Assembly: GCA_964016885.1 (NCBI GenBank)
Contig: OZ024740.1
Location: 29,078,001 to 29,142,000 of the forward strand
Length of the DNA stretch: 64,000 bases
Reading direction: 5' to 3'
Source: Eledone cirrhosa
Taxonomy: Eukaryota
The notes below the pieces were generated by a model that worked only from the letters and a program-made list of their open reading frames with translations, did not search any database and was not told the origin of the DNA. This document shows, piece after piece, positions 41,720 through 56,764 of the stretch. A program made the translations under genes and the position numbers. How positions within the stretch are numbered: position 1 is the stretch's first letter; each line of letters opens with the position of its first letter.

Positions 41720-42350
41720 CTTGATATATTTCTTTTTTCTTTTTTCTTTTTCTATTCTTTCCTCTTTAATGTTTATTTATTATTTATTATTTTTTATTTT
41801 CTTAGTTTATAGATACATCTATATTAAGCAGTCTGCCCAGACCGTTGAATACTGACCTCTCCCCCACCTCCCACCTAATTTCTGTATCTTGATCTAAATG
41901 TGTGTGCCAGTGTTTATGTGAGTGAATTAATATCCATGTGCTTATGATTTTATATCCACATATATATATATGTGAGTGGGGGTGTGTGTGTGTTTGTATG
42001 TTCGTGGTTATGTGTATATTTAGGCATATACGCGCGTGTATGTGTGATTGTACGGATATGTGTGAGTATGAAAATATATCTATACACTTATTTCATATTT
42101 GTGTGTCTATACGCATCTTATCTGTGCATTATAAACTTACAGAGACATTAACCTTGAAATTTTGTATTTGCATCCATCCTTTTAGTATGCGTATACAAGT
42201 TATGCATACATTTTTGTAAAATATGTGTAAGGGTTTTACATGTATATACACACACCGAACTGCATTAAACCTTTTGTATTTTCATTGGTCAATTTTGTTC
42301 CCAAACGGACCTGAAATTTTGAATTGTTGTTATTATCAATAAATATACTT

Positions 42351-42500
42351 CATTATTTCTGAAGACGGCGTATATATGTGTTGGTATGTATATTTAATCT
42401 TGATAGTTTGTATAATTTTGTATAATTTTGTACATAGATCTGTTGAATATGCATGCCAATTCTAACACATATATATCCTAGAAACGATCGTTAAATAATG
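42351..42500 (+). ncRNA. Hammerhead ribozyme with ~115-nt stem II
   Basis: CATTATTT-CTGAAGA-...-GAAA-CGATCG-TT-AAATAATG; perfect 8-bp stem I. Confidence 0.72.
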
Positions 42501-42695
42501 AACTTTTTTTGTTTAATATAAGGAACTGTCTCATTGTTTATTCATTATTTGTTTAATATTTTATCTTGACTCTGTATACCGTTTATCTTTCACCGAAAGT
42601 GATTTTTCATTACATCTCTTCTTTCCATGATATCCGGAATACATTGAGTTCTTCATACGGATTGGACACTACCGTAAACTCTTGGTAGATTTATC

Positions 42696-42779
<84 letters not shown>

Positions 42780-42892
42780 GAGAGAATTGTGTGTGTGTGT
42801 GTATACATACATATAAACATACATATATTTGTACGTATATGCATGGATATGTATATATATATATACGTATATTTATATTTATTTGTCTGTGC

Positions 42893-42925
<33 letters not shown>

Positions 42926-43098
42926 CATACATATATGTGTGTGTTTATGTGTGTGTGTATGTCTATACACACACACATCTTACTATTCTATTGTGATGTA
43001 TGTTTGTAATGTGTTTCTTACGTATGTGTCTAAAGCTATACTCTCTCTCTGTCTCTTTCATTCCATTTCTCTCTCTTACTCCCCACCACCTCTCTCTC

Positions 43099-43230
<132 letters not shown>

Positions 43231-43292
43231 GCAAGAGATGGAAATAAATAGAAGATTCAGAAAAATTGAAAGTGAAGTGAAAGAGAGAGAGC

Positions 43293-43381
<89 letters not shown>

Positions 43382-43901
43382 AGAGAGAGAATGAAAGAGA
43401 GATAGAGAGCGAGCTAGAGAGTGGGGGTGCAAATGCCCCCGTGTGTCTATGTGTGTAAAAGACAGTAAATAAGCCGTGTGTGTATGTGTGTGACAGAGGA
43501 AGTGTCCATATATGGTAACAGTGTGAGTTTGTGTGTGTGTGTGTATTCCAGTTAACAAATAAATATATTCCCAGAACTTAAATAAGAATCAAAATGGTAA
43601 AAGCCAGTAAGATATGAGAGAAATTTACAATAGACTTCATCAGAACATTCAGTAGACCTTCAAGGGAGATAATTCATGGTGACAAGATATGGACATATCA
43701 TGCCTTAACTAAAGTTTCTGTAGGTATATATTGCTTGTAGATATTACTATAGCTATAGTAATATTTTACTGAAGACACTGATTTAGTACAAATGTTTTGA
43801 CTCTCTCAGATGTAAGTTCAAATTCTGCTGTAGGTAATATTGGTCTCTTTCAATCTTTCTCTCTGGTATATACACACACACGCACACACAAACACACACA
43901 C

Positions 43902-43970
<69 letters not shown>

Positions 43971-43984
43971 TATGTCACTTTTGA

Positions 43985-44222
43985 CTGAGGTTAGCTAGAC
44001 ACGCTCCCCGACATCCAGAGTTGACATTGCACTCAGTGCTCCTGTGGGAGCCCCTACATAGACACACTGGAAGAGGAAGACCAAGGTTAACGTATGTTGA
44101 TGCCCTAAGGACAGACACTGGTCTGTTGGAGACGCAGGACATGGCAGCGATAATGAGGGACAGAGACCGCTGGAGAGAACTGATCCATGGATCTCGGGAA
44201 TTTTACCCGTCCTAGATAGATA
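43985..44222 (+). mobile_element. RTE-type LINE 3' fragment
   Basis: LRLARH..RHPE...VLLWEP...GRGRPRLTYVD, stop followed by TAGA repeats. Confidence 0.8.
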
Positions 44223-44242
44223 CATATATATGTATATGTGTG

Positions 44243-44278
<36 letters not shown>

Positions 44279-44391
44279 CAAAGGGATACTTAATTTGTTG
44301 GTAATTCAACAAATACATATATTTATAACTGATTCGAAGCACTCGACCGTTTTTCTGGAGTATAATATCATTGATTTATATATATATATAT

Positions 44392-44532
44392 AGTAATAAT
44401 AATAATAATAGTAATAATAATAAATTTGAAGACTAAAATCCAAAGAGGTCTCGATAAGGATAAATATATATCAAATATATAAGAACCGTAGAGCAAATAT
44501 TTATTAAAATAACAGATTAATCTGTTATTTTA

Positions 44533-44540
<8 letters not shown>
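44392..44540 (-). repeat. Tail plus 44-bp perfect palindrome between (TA)n tracts
   Basis: ATATTTATTAAAATAACAGATT|AATCTGTTATTTTAATAAATAT; same family as 54656-55030. Confidence 0.85.
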
Positions 44541-44607
<67 letters not shown>

Positions 44608-44691
44608 GAAAATTGAACAGGGACAGAACAGAGAGGCAGTACGATAAATGTTTATTAAATTCACGCTCAGGAGAGTGGGGGGTTGGTGGGG

Positions 44692-44727
44692 GACGACGTT
44701 TCGGGCATAAGCCCTTCTTCAGGTGAG
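44692..44727 (-). ncRNA. Minimal PLE-type hammerhead motif
   Basis: Minus strand CTGAAGA-A-GGGC-ttat-GCCC-GAAACGTC; stem I only ~2 bp in cis. Confidence 0.55.
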
Positions 44728-46027
44728 AAGTGTGTGGGAACAGAGTTCAAAAGGTGTGTAGGGGAGTGGTGGAGAGACATATAGCGAAAGGAAACGGTGC
44801 GAATGAAAAATTAACAAATAAAGACAAAAAATATAATAAATAAAAATAAAGCATGATCAAAATAAACAGAAATTAAAAGGGGGGTAAACAAGTGGTGGAA
44901 TGGTGTGGGGTGAGTAGGGGTGGTGGCGGGTGGAGTGGGGAGAGGGAGACGGGGTGTCCGAGCGGGGAGGGCTGAAGGTGGTGTGTGTTTGTAGGTGTGC
45001 GTGTGTGTGTGTGTGTGTGTGTATGTGAAAGTGAGGGTTGGGGGAAGAACGGGGTTGCATGTTCAGGAAGGTGTGTGTGGGGGTTGTTTTTGTGGGTCGG
45101 AGTGTCTGTGCGTGTGTGGATAGGGGTGGGGGGAGAGGAATCAGGAGGCTGAGGGTGTAAATATGTGGTGGAAAGCACGTGTGTGTGGTTTAAGCGTGTT
45201 GTGGGTGTGGGTGGCGTGTGGATAAAAAAAATTTTTGTTGGGGTTTGTGTGTGGGTGAGTTATATAGGTGATAGTGTAAGAGGATGGTTGAAAAGTTGGT
45301 AAGTTCCACGGATGTTTGGAGATTTTTGTTAGAAGTCAATTTCGCGTGTGGGTAATCCAAAAAGCGGTGGTCGGAAGAGGAGAGATGTGGGGTGCGCGCG
45401 CAACAGGAAGTGGTCAGCAGTGGGAGTGCTGTGGTCAGTTGGTGCTGAGAGGGGTCGGAAGGGCATAGCAGCAGTCGGCGGAATGATAGGGAGGCGAGGA
45501 TGGGTAGGTGTGAGAGTGGGAGTGAGGAGGGTGTGTGTGTGTGTGTATTAGTAGGGGTGTTAGTGGGATGAGTGAGTGTGGAGCGGGGAGAGAAGGGTGT
45601 GTGTGGTTCTATGGAGGGAGTGTGGTGTACTGGTGTGTGTGTAGTTTGGTAAAGAGGTGTTAGTGGGTGTTAGTATACGGGAGGTGGGGAGGGGTGGAAT
45701 GCAGGTGTGAGAGGGGGTTAGTGGGGGTAGGGTGTGTAGAGTTGGTGGTGTACGAGGGTGTGTGGGTACGTGTGCGTGGGGTTGGAGGGTGTTAGTGATG
45801 TTAGTTGTGTGTGGGGTGGGTGGTGTAAGTGGGTGCGTGTGATAAGGAGGGGGGAGGAGGAGAAGAGGGGAGGGAAGGGATGTTAGTAAGTTAGTTGGGG
45901 AAGGGTGGTCAGATGAGGGGTGGAGTGGAGGTGTTAGTATTGTTAGTGTGGGGTGGGCGGTGAAAAGGAGGGGTGTGTTAGTGGTGTTAGTGGGGGATAA
46001 GTGCGGGGGGAGGGGGGCGGTCGAACG

Positions 46028-47217
<1,190 letters not shown>

Positions 47218-47224
47218 ATATATA

Positions 47225-47403
47225 TATTATTCAGAATATTAATAAATGAAGACATTCACATAATCAAAATATATTATGTGAATGTCTTCATTTATTAATA
47301 TTCTGAATAATAATAACTCCAGAAAACTTCTTTGTAGAGTGCTTTTAATCTATTGTAAAACTATATTTATTGAGTAATCAATGAACCATATTAATCTTTG
47401 GTT
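47225..47403 (+). repeat. Palindrome (47225-47312) plus tail between (TA)n tracts
   Basis: TATTATTCAGAATATTAATAAATGAAGACATTCACATAAT ... ATTATGTGAATGTCTTCATTTATTAATATTCTGAATAATA. Confidence 0.85.
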
Positions 47404-47710
47404 ATATATATATTGGTAAACATATATATATAAACATATATATATGGACACGGGCACACACATGGACATACAAACACACACATTTGTAAACATACAGTCT
47501 CTCTACATATATAGACAGTGTGTTATAATTAGCTTAGTGGTTAATAGATATAAGCATGTCATACGTTGAAATGGGACTCATTCTAAACATGACATGTAAC
47601 CATTTCTAAACCTGCATGAATTGCCTATATATTGCTTTTGGAAGAGTGTTAAATATCACTAGGGTTTCTTTTTATATATTTACATTTCTTAACGCTTACC
47701 TCTATAGGTA

Positions 47711-47744
<34 letters not shown>

Positions 47745-47746
<2 letters not shown>

Positions 47747-48522
47747 CTCTTTTACTCTTTTACCTGTTTCAGCCATCCGGCTGAGGCCATGCTGGGGCAC
47801 CGCCCTTGTTGCTACACATTTTATCTCCAGCCTGTATAGGTTGGCCACTGGTGTAGGAGGGAGTTTGTTGCTGCTGCCCTTAGGTTTCCCTCGTGTCTTG
47901 CTGTGGGCTCATCCGGGATCCTGGATAACAAGGTGTCGAGATGTTTCTTAAAGACATCCACCTCCACGTCATGCAAGTCTCGCAGATGCCTCGGCAGCCT
48001 GTTGAAGAGTTGAGGGCCCTTGAATCCCAGGCTATTGCAATACCTGCTCCTTATTCTAGATGTGGAAGACGGGACCTTTGGCACCACACAGTGACGTCCT
48101 GTTCGACGGTTGGTCCAGCTCCCAATGCCAAAGTTTGGTGCTAGTCCCTCCAGGATTTTCCACATGTAGATCACTGCGTATCTCTCCCGTCTTCGCTCCA
48201 AGGAGTAGAGGTTCAGTTCCTTCAGCCTCTCCTAGTAGCTTGTCTCCCTCATCTTGGCAATCCTCTTGGTGTAGCTTCGCTGGATTGCCTCAAGCTCTGT
48301 GGTTAGTTTGACACTATGGGGTGACCACAGCTGGGAGCAGTAGTCCAGGCGGCTTAGGACAAAAGTCCTCCACAGTGTCAACATGGTGTCTCGATCTCTT
48401 GTAATGAAAGTCCTCAAGATCCAGCCAGCGATTCGTCTACATGCTGTCGCCACCTTCATGATGTGTGAAGAAAAAGATGCATCATCGCTCATGTCTATGC
48501 CCAGGTCTCGTATCGATTTTGA
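47745..48522 (-). mobile_element. CR1/L2-group LINE 3' fragment
   Basis: RDLGI, LSRLDYCSQLWSP, LEAIQRSYTKRI, Y*ERLKELNLYSLERRRERY; (GTAAAAGA)n tail. Confidence 0.88.
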
Positions 48523-48535
48523 TACATATATATAT

Positions 48536-48650
48536 ATAACAAAGGAATTATGGTAAGGAACCAGATGGACCATAACACACCGGAGTACTCAATACTGAAA
48601 TAGCCGTCGAAACGGCTTGAGCTCTGCCGTCGGGGTCATACTTTTTCCTA
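48536..48650. mobile_element. Rearranged PLE-terminus fragment (family of 15853)
   Basis: Inverted tail joined to TAGCCGTCGAAACGGCTTGAGCTCTGCCGTCGGGGTC. Confidence 0.75.
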
Positions 48651-48794
48651 TATATATATATGTAATGTAGGAGGTGAGTTTTATTGTAGTACAATAAAGC
48701 AATGCAAATATCGGATAAGTCGCACTCTACAGTTTGTAGGACTGGAGTATATATAAATAATATGAGATCAAAAGATGGTTAAAAGAGTTCCAAG

Positions 48795-48865
48795 TATTTT
48801 ATTATGCGCATTTCAAAAACAAATATCATCATGAAATGATATCTGCGTTTTCATCAGATAAAATA
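48795..48865 (-). ncRNA. Type I hammerhead ribozyme
   Basis: Minus strand TATTTTAT-CTGATGA-[AAAC..CAGATATCAT/ATGATATTTG..TTTT]-GAAA-TGCGCA-TA-ATAAAATA; perfect 8-bp stem I; palindromic ATGCGCAT. Confidence 0.85.
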
Positions 48866-48903
48866 GGGATACATGATATGAAGGTTAAAAAACACTTGTG
48901 AAT

Positions 48904-48964
48904 AGTGAAGTTTTAAATCAACATATATGTTTTAAACATAATATGTTGATTTAAAACTTCACTA
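48904..48964. repeat. ~60-bp palindrome
   Basis: TAGTGAAGTTTTAAATCAACATAT...ATATGTTGATTTAAAACTTCACTA. Confidence 0.85.
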
Positions 48965-49245
48965 ATTTCTCTCTCTTGATTTTTTTCTCTGTCTGGTGTT
49001 TTGATATCTCTCTCTCGTTTTTCTCTTTTTCTTTTTTTCTTTTTTCTCCTTTTCTTTCTTTATCTCTCCCTTTCTTTCTCCACTTTTCTCTCTCTCGGTT
49101 TTTCTCTCTCTCCGTCTTTTTCCTTCTCCGTAACGCAACGACTTACTAAGATAAACAAATCCACTATCCCTGATGTCTTCCAAAAGTAACGGTTGCATTT
49201 TGAAAGGGTATGTCAATATTTATTTATAAAACTGGTTATATATTG

Positions 49246-49310
49246 TATTTTGTCTAATGAAAGCATACCATAATTTAACATGGTATCCTTGAAATATGTA
49301 TAATAAAATA
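49246..49310 (+). pseudogene. Hammerhead with mutated core (CTAATGA, G5A)
   Basis: TATTTTGT-CTAATGA-[ATACCAT/ATGGTAT]-GAAA-TATGTA-TA-ATAAAATA; homologous to 2693-2751. Confidence 0.65.
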
Positions 49311-49347
49311 GATATGGTTTTATAAATAGTTTCCATTTGTTAATATC

Positions 49348-49429
<82 letters not shown>

Positions 49430-49986
49430 CTGTGTCTGTCTGTCTGTGTGTGTGTGTTTGTCTATCTGTCTATTTGTGTGTGTGTATAATCTTTTAGAGT
49501 GAAATGCACTCCCTAAAGTCGTTACTGTCAAAAAGACATCCATTTAAGGGCCTTGAAACTTATTAAACCACAACATATGGGGATTACTGTATTACCTGTA
49601 TATGTATGTGTGTGTGTGCGTATATGTGTGAGTCTGTGTATATGTGTGGGTTCGCGTATATGTGTGCGTGCGTATATATGTGTGTGTGCGTATATGTGCG
49701 TGTGTGTGCGTATATATGTGTGGGTGCGCGTATATGTGTGTGTGCGTATATATGTGTGTGTGCGTATATGTGTGTGTGTGTGCGTATATGTGTGTGTGTG
49801 CGCGTATATATGTGTGTGCGTATATTTGTGTGTGTGCGTATATGTGTGTGTGCATATATGCGTGTGTGTGCGTATATGTGTGTGTGTGCCTATGTGTGTG
49901 TGTGTGCGTCTATGTGTGTGTGCGTCTAAAAGCTTCTATCGCGATATTAGTTTCTCTCTCCTTCCCTCTCTCTGCCTCTGTCTCTG

Positions 49987-50054
<68 letters not shown>

Positions 50055-50062
50055 TAGATATG

Positions 50063-53000
50063 TTTCTTTTATTTGCCACTAGGGCATCAAAAGTGGGACA
50101 AGTACAAAGGGGGGAGTTTACACAAACAGGCGTCCTCAATAAGGAGGAGGCAATAACAAAATATAAAAATAAAATAAGATATAACAAAAAATAAAATTTA
50201 TAACAAAATCCTCAATAGAGAGGAGGCGCCTTGGGGGGTCGCACACACCCCCGAAAAAAGTGTGCAACCCTTCTCCTCAGGAGCACAGAGAAGGGGTGCT
50301 CCCTTGGTCTTTCATCTTCCTCACCTATAGTCTGATGTAGAGTGAAGGCCCATTCACACGGGCCATTCTCGCCACTTTCACCCATCTTTCATAGAAACGG
50401 CTGGGGTGCAGCACCTCTCTCTCCATCCTGATCCTTCTTCCGAAATGATATCGGAAGAAACGGACCAGTTGTTGGCCAGAGAGAAAGGTGCCTGACCTCA
50501 GTCCTTTCAGACGCGTCCACCATACAACCTCTTTCGCCATGGCTATTACGCACAGAAACACCGCCTCTGCTTCATCTTTGAAGGGGGGAGGCGGCTTGAT
50601 CATTACAATAGACTCGGTGGTCAACCGGATCGGTCCCACCCTTGACAGCAGTTGTTCGACATAGCCCCACAGATCGGCTACGCCCGAGCAGTGTACCAAT
50701 GCGTGTGCAACGGTTTCCTCGTCGCACACGCATCTGGGACAGATCTTTTTGGCGGGGTCCCTACCCGGGCGCCCGTGTCTATAGAGCCATTCTCGAACGT
50801 GTAAAGCTCCTCGGTAGCACTGCCAGGCCAGGGACTTCTGGAAGTTGTCCATAGGTCCCGGGCTGAATGTCCTACCGAACAGGCCGGCCAGTTCGTCCTC
50901 CTCCATGTCTAGGGCTTCTCCGAGGGCGTCGTCGCACCTGCTGCGTACCAGCCCTCTATAGAATGTTGCGGTGGAGTCTCCACTGATAACCGGATCCGCC
51001 TGCCAGAGGGCGGTTAGCGCCTGGGCACACTCAGTGTGCCAGGCGCCCAGTTTTCTCGGTCTTTGCTTGACCCAGGATTGCAGCTCGGTGAGTGAGACGA
51101 GTCTGGGAAAGGTTCGTCTCACAAACGAGGCCCACACCGGTTGTCCGGTGAGGAATACGTAGAGGTGCCGTAGCCTTAATGCGTGTTTACGCATCATTAG
51201 CCACGGCATCCCCAGCCCTCCTTTCGAAGGGTGTTGACAGCAGATGGATCTCCTCACCATAGGAGCCCGCCTCTTCCAAAGGAATTGGAAGAGCGCGCGC
51301 TCCATCTTGGTGAAGGTTTCCCTTGGGCAGGGCACTACGGTCAGGCGGTAGTAGATGACTGACGCTATGTAGGTGTTCGCCACCTCCGCCCGACCTTTCA
51401 GGGATAGTTTGCAACTGGCCCACTTCTGGGTCAGTGCAAACACCCTGTTCGTAACCTCCGCCCAGTTTTTCTCCACCTGGAGGTCCGGTCCGAACCAGAC
51501 CCCGAGCAACTTCACCGGGCCCTCCGTCCAGCGTCCGACGACGCCATCGGAGGGCATCGGTCTGCCCCTCCACGTGCCGAGTTGCAAACCGATCGACTTG
51601 TCCCGGTTCAGCTTAGCCCCTGTGAACTTTTCGTACTCCTCCAGTAAGGTGCCGACCGCCTCGATTTCGGAGGCCGTCGACACCATTACTGTCACGTCAT
51701 CGGCGTAGGCCGACACCGCTTTCCGCAATCCCGGTTCCAAAGGGATGCCCTGCAAAAACTCCAACTTCCGCAGTAGTGGCTCGAGAGTCAACACATACAG
51801 AAGGGAGGAGAGAGGGCACCCTTGTGGGATGGACCGCGCGATTTTGAACGGCTCCGAGAGGTAGCCGTTCACCTTGACCCTAGAGCAGATGCGGCTGCTG
51901 TGCATAGCAGTGATCCAGCCCCTGAAAACGGGTCCGAAGCCTGCCGCCGCTAGCACCGCATCCAGGTAACCATGGTCGACCCTATCGAACGCCTTAGATT
52001 GATCCAAGTTGATCAGAGCCCCACCAAAGCCGGGTTCGTTCCCAACCCTCTCTATGATGTATCGCATGAGGTGGAGGTTGTCATGGATGGACCTGGACGG
52101 GATAGCGCATGGCTGCGCATCTCCCACCAGGTTTGCCACGACAAGCGCCAACCTCTTTGCTAGCACCTTGGCCAAAATCTATAACTCTGTATTTAGCAGA
52201 GTTATGGGCCTGAAGTTACTTATTTCGTCCCCCTTGTTCTCGTCCTTCCTCACTAGCGTGACTACGCCCTTGGTCACGGTACAGGGAATTCTCCCGTTCT
52301 GTCGCCAGTTGCAGTAGACCGCCTCGAGCAATCGGGGAACAAGTCCGGCATAGCTAGATATAATTCGTAAGGAAGACCATCGAGACCCGGGGATTTGCGT
52401 TTGCCGCATTGGCTCAGCACATCCTCTATCTCAGCGGCCGAAATCGGCTCCTCGCAGGACTTCGCCTCCCTGTCCGAGAGGCGCGGCAGGCCGTCGAGGT
52501 ATGGACCGAAGTCCACGTTCCCAACCGGCTCCCCACCCCTCCCGAACAGTCGGGCAAAGTGCCTTTGAAAGGCCTCACACATCTGCTTAGGCTCAAGAAT
52601 CGCCCGTCCATCCAGGTCTCGCAAAGACCGGATGGTGGATTTAGATCCACTGTTGGCCTCTGTCACGCGGGCCCAGCTAACAGCTTTGGTCCCCTCGTTC
52701 CCTAGAGCACGTATTTTACTTCGGACAACGCAGCCTTCGTGCTTCGCGTCGAAAAACTGGCTCAAAGCCTTTCTCGACGCTAGCACTCTGGCCACGTCGC
52801 CGCTTCTAATTGCCTCTTCTACTCTATCTATTAGCTCCCTTTCCTTCCTATTCCTATCCGCAGCTAGAACCTTACTAAATTCTATCGAGACTACTCTAAT
52901 CTCTCTCTTTAGAGATACCCACCACCTGCTGTTGACGATCGCTCCAGTCAACCGTTCCTTAACTAACGTACTAATCCGATTCCTGTAGGCTCTACTTGCC

Positions 53001-54354
53001 GGCAAGGACAAGTTGAGCTTCCAGTAACCGGGGCCCTGTCTATGAGTTCTGTCAAGGTTGACCATGCAGGTCACTAATTTGTGGTCTGAATAGCCAACCA
53101 TGCGCATTTTTGGACAACTTAAAAAGTCCTTATCCTTAATTCTAACTAAGAACCTATCTAGGTACGACCTAGATGATCCGCTACGATTTGCCCAAGTCCA
53201 GGTTGGCGCAGTCGGAAAATCTAGTCGATATCTATCGGCCAGGTCAAATCGACCGATTAACCCTTTGAGGCTATTACACACCTCTCTATCGGGGCAGGCC
53301 CCTACGTAGTCCCAGCATGCATCTAGGATACCATTCCAGTCCCCCACTAATAGCAAGGAGCGGGACGTCCCTAGAAAAGTCTCCAGACGATGGAAGAAGT
53401 CCGGCCGCATTGACCCGAAAGGGCTGTAGGCGGCTACCAACCTAAACGCTCCGCCTTTACCACTGCCAAGGTCCAGAACCACTAGTCGACCCTCCGGGTC
53501 CAAATGTACCATCTGTGTTGCGAGACCCAGATGTTTTTGCAGCAGAACGACAACTCCACCCCCACCTCCTGGCTGACAGAGAGATGCGTGCATCTCAAAG
53601 TCATCAAAGGTGGGGGCCAGCTGTCGCACGTTGCTGATCCGGGCCTCGCAAATAACCATCACATCTATACGTTGTGACCTGAGGTCATTTAGAAGCATTG
53701 CTTGCTTCCAAGTTGAGCCCAGGCCACGCGCATTTAAACAGCCTACTCTTAGCATAGCCATGTTGGTGGTGAAGAGAAAAGGCACTTACCTCTCTGCGTC
53801 CCGGGTATCGGGCTGCACAATTTCCATTAGGGTGGGGGATGGGTTGTTGGGTGGGGTGGTGGTTTGTGGAAGTGTGGGGGCATCAGTGTGTTGTGTGGTT
53901 GGGGAGCTTGGAGTTGTGTGGGTGTTTGGGGAGGGGGTGGGATAGTTTTTTAGGAGGACGCGGTTAATGGGCCCGACGCAGGGGGGACCCACGTCCTCTT
54001 TAAAATTGTTTTTTAAAGTTTTATAGGTGTCCTGTGGGGCCTTAATCATTTTGAGGTGGGGGCAATCCCCTGCCTGGGTGAAGTTAGGCCCTTGTGTTTT
54101 TATTAGATTGTTGTTGTACACAATGTTTAACAGTTTTTTGTTTCTTGTGTTTATGTAAGTGTATGCATGTTTTTGTTTTTGTGTGGTGTTTTTTGTTTGC
54201 TGTTGTTGTGAGCTCTTTTGTGTTGGTGTCAGTGTTATGTTTTGGGGAGGGTTTTTTTTCATTTGTGTGTCTGAGGTGTGTTTTCTTTTTTTCTTTTGAT
54301 TGTGTGGAAGTGCTCCTCCTCGTCTGACGACGAACTAGGGTCATCTTCCGCGTT
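50063..54354 (-). mobile_element. Tx1/L1-clade LINE (copy 3), truncated within ORF1
   Basis: ORF1 C-terminus 53786-54262; ORF2; 3' AATAAAAGAAA; (ATCT)n flanks. Confidence 0.95.
50325..53761 (-). pseudogene. Tx1 ORF2 APE-RT, one frameshift (~52330) and one stop (~52180)
   Basis: 503-aa and 616-aa ORFs; PQGCPLS, AYADD, CPRC..ET..H...C. Confidence 0.93.
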
Positions 54355-54540
54355 ATAGATAGATAGATAGATAGATAGATATAGTATTAAGGATGCTATT
54401 TATGGTTATGTATATACTAAAACTGTTTATAGTTATATATATTTTAAACCCTAAACAGTGAAAGACAGTAATTTATTACTACCTTATTACCAGTAAGATA
54501 AATAGCTCAATGTAATAACATCAGTTGTTCTACAGAGCAG

Positions 54541-54585
<45 letters not shown>

Positions 54586-54587
54586 TA

Positions 54588-54655
<68 letters not shown>

Positions 54656-54658
<3 letters not shown>

Positions 54659-54868
54659 AACAGATTAAAGTTTAAGCAAAGAATCGCTGTTAGTTTCAGA
54701 AGATCCCGTTAAAGGTGAAAGCAGCGATTCTTTGCTTAAACTTTAATCTGTTATTTTAATAAATATTTGCTCTACGGTTCTTATATATTTGATATATATT
54801 TATCCTTATCGAGCCCTCTTTGGATTTTAGTCTTCAAATTTATTATTATTACTATATATATATACTCG

Positions 54869-54901
<33 letters not shown>

Positions 54902-54904
54902 GAG

Positions 54905-54938
<34 letters not shown>

Positions 54939-55030
54939 GTAATAATAATAAATTTGAAGACTAAAATGCAAAGAGGGCTCGATAAGGATAAATATATATC
55001 AAATATATAAGAACCGTAGAGCAAATATTT
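54656..55030. repeat. Palindrome (54656-54755) plus tail, and a second inverted tail copy across (TA)n
   Basis: 54757-54853 is the reverse complement of 54939-55030; ORF track shows identical N-termini on both strands. Confidence 0.88.
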
Positions 55031-55470
55031 ATATATATATATATATATGTATGTTTATGTGTGTGTATGTGTGTGTATGTATGTGTATGTTTGTATGTGT
55101 GTATGTGTGTGTATGTGTGTATGTGTATGTATGTGTATGTGTATGTATGTGTATGTGTGTGTCTATGTGTATGTGTGTGTGTATGTATGCGTATGTGTAT
55201 GTGTGTGAATGTATGTGTATGTGTGTATGTGTATATATGTGCATGTGTATGTATGTGAATGTATGTGCATGTGTATGTATGTGTATGTATGTCTATGTGT
55301 ATTATGTGTATGTGTGTATGTGTGTATGTGTGTGTGTATGTGTGTATGTATGTGTATGTATGTGTATGTGTATGTATGTGTATGTGTATGTCTGTGTATG
55401 TGTATGTGTGTGTACAATAACATAATGTTGCATTGCGTATCTATATCTGTCTATCACTGATTCTCTTTCT

Positions 55471-55770
55471 CTTCATCTCTGTCTCTATCTTCCTCTACCT
55501 CTCACCCCATCTCTTCCTCTCTTCATCTCTGTCTCTATCTTCCTCTACCTCTCACCCCATCTCTTCCTCTCTTCATCTCTGTCTCTATCTTCCTCTACCT
55601 CTCACCCCATCTCTTCCTCTCTTCATCTCTGTCTCTATCTTCCTCTACCTCTCACCCCATCTCTTCCTCTCTTCATCTCTGTCTCTATCTTCCTCTACCT
55701 CTCACCCCATCTCTTCCTCTCTTCATCTCTGTCTCTATCTTCCTCTACCTCTCACCCCATCACTTCCTCT
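55471..55770. repeat. 50-bp pyrimidine-rich minisatellite x6
   Basis: CTTCATCTCTGTCTCTATCTTCCTCTACCTCTCACCCCATCTCTTCCTCT. Confidence 0.95.
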
Positions 55771-55798
55771 CTTTCTCACTTTCTCTCTCTCTCTCTCT

Positions 55799-55902
<104 letters not shown>

Positions 55903-55923
55903 GTATATAAATATATATATATG

Positions 55924-55987
<64 letters not shown>

Positions 55988-56061
55988 GATATATAGATAC
56001 ATACTTATATATATATGTATGTATATATATATGTATGTATGTATGTATGTATATATATATA

Positions 56062-56125
<64 letters not shown>

Positions 56126-56176
56126 TATATATATACATATATACATACATATATACATACATATATACATACATAC

Positions 56177-56209
<33 letters not shown>

Positions 56210-56276
56210 AGTATGTATCTATATATCTATATACATATGTTTATATATATCTGTATATATATGTATATATGTATAT

Positions 56277-56426
56277 AGGAACGAGTAGGACCCCGACGGC
56301 TGCGGTCAAGCCGTCTCGACGGCTAATTCTGGACCACTGGTTCCTATTACCCACTCTACTACCCTAAGTATTGAGTACTTTGATGCGTTATGGTCCATCT
56401 GGTTCCTTACCACATTTCCTTCGTTA

Positions 56427-56428
<2 letters not shown>
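56277..56428 (+). mobile_element. PLE-terminus fragment (family of 15853) in (TA)n
   Basis: Inverted arm plus tail ATTACCCACTCTACTACCCTAAGTATTGAGTACTTT. Confidence 0.8.
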
Positions 56429-56478
<50 letters not shown>

Positions 56479-56501
56479 TATATATATACATATATATATA
56501 T

Positions 56502-56532
<31 letters not shown>

Positions 56533-56549
56533 CATACATATATATATAT

Positions 56550-56582
<33 letters not shown>

Positions 56583-56599
56583 CATACATATATATATAT

Positions 56600-56630
<31 letters not shown>

Positions 56631-56697
56631 CATACATATATATATATATACATATAAAAAAATACATATATATATATACATACATATATATATACAC

Positions 56698-56764
<67 letters not shown>

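Larger units (their letters stand above)
37607..42698. mobile_element. PLE with ~1.35-kb inverted terminal arms and tail
   Basis: 37607-38965 is the reverse complement of 41211-42564; tail 42565-42698; GIY-YIG snippet 41120-41210 homologous to 28737-28828. Confidence 0.9.
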
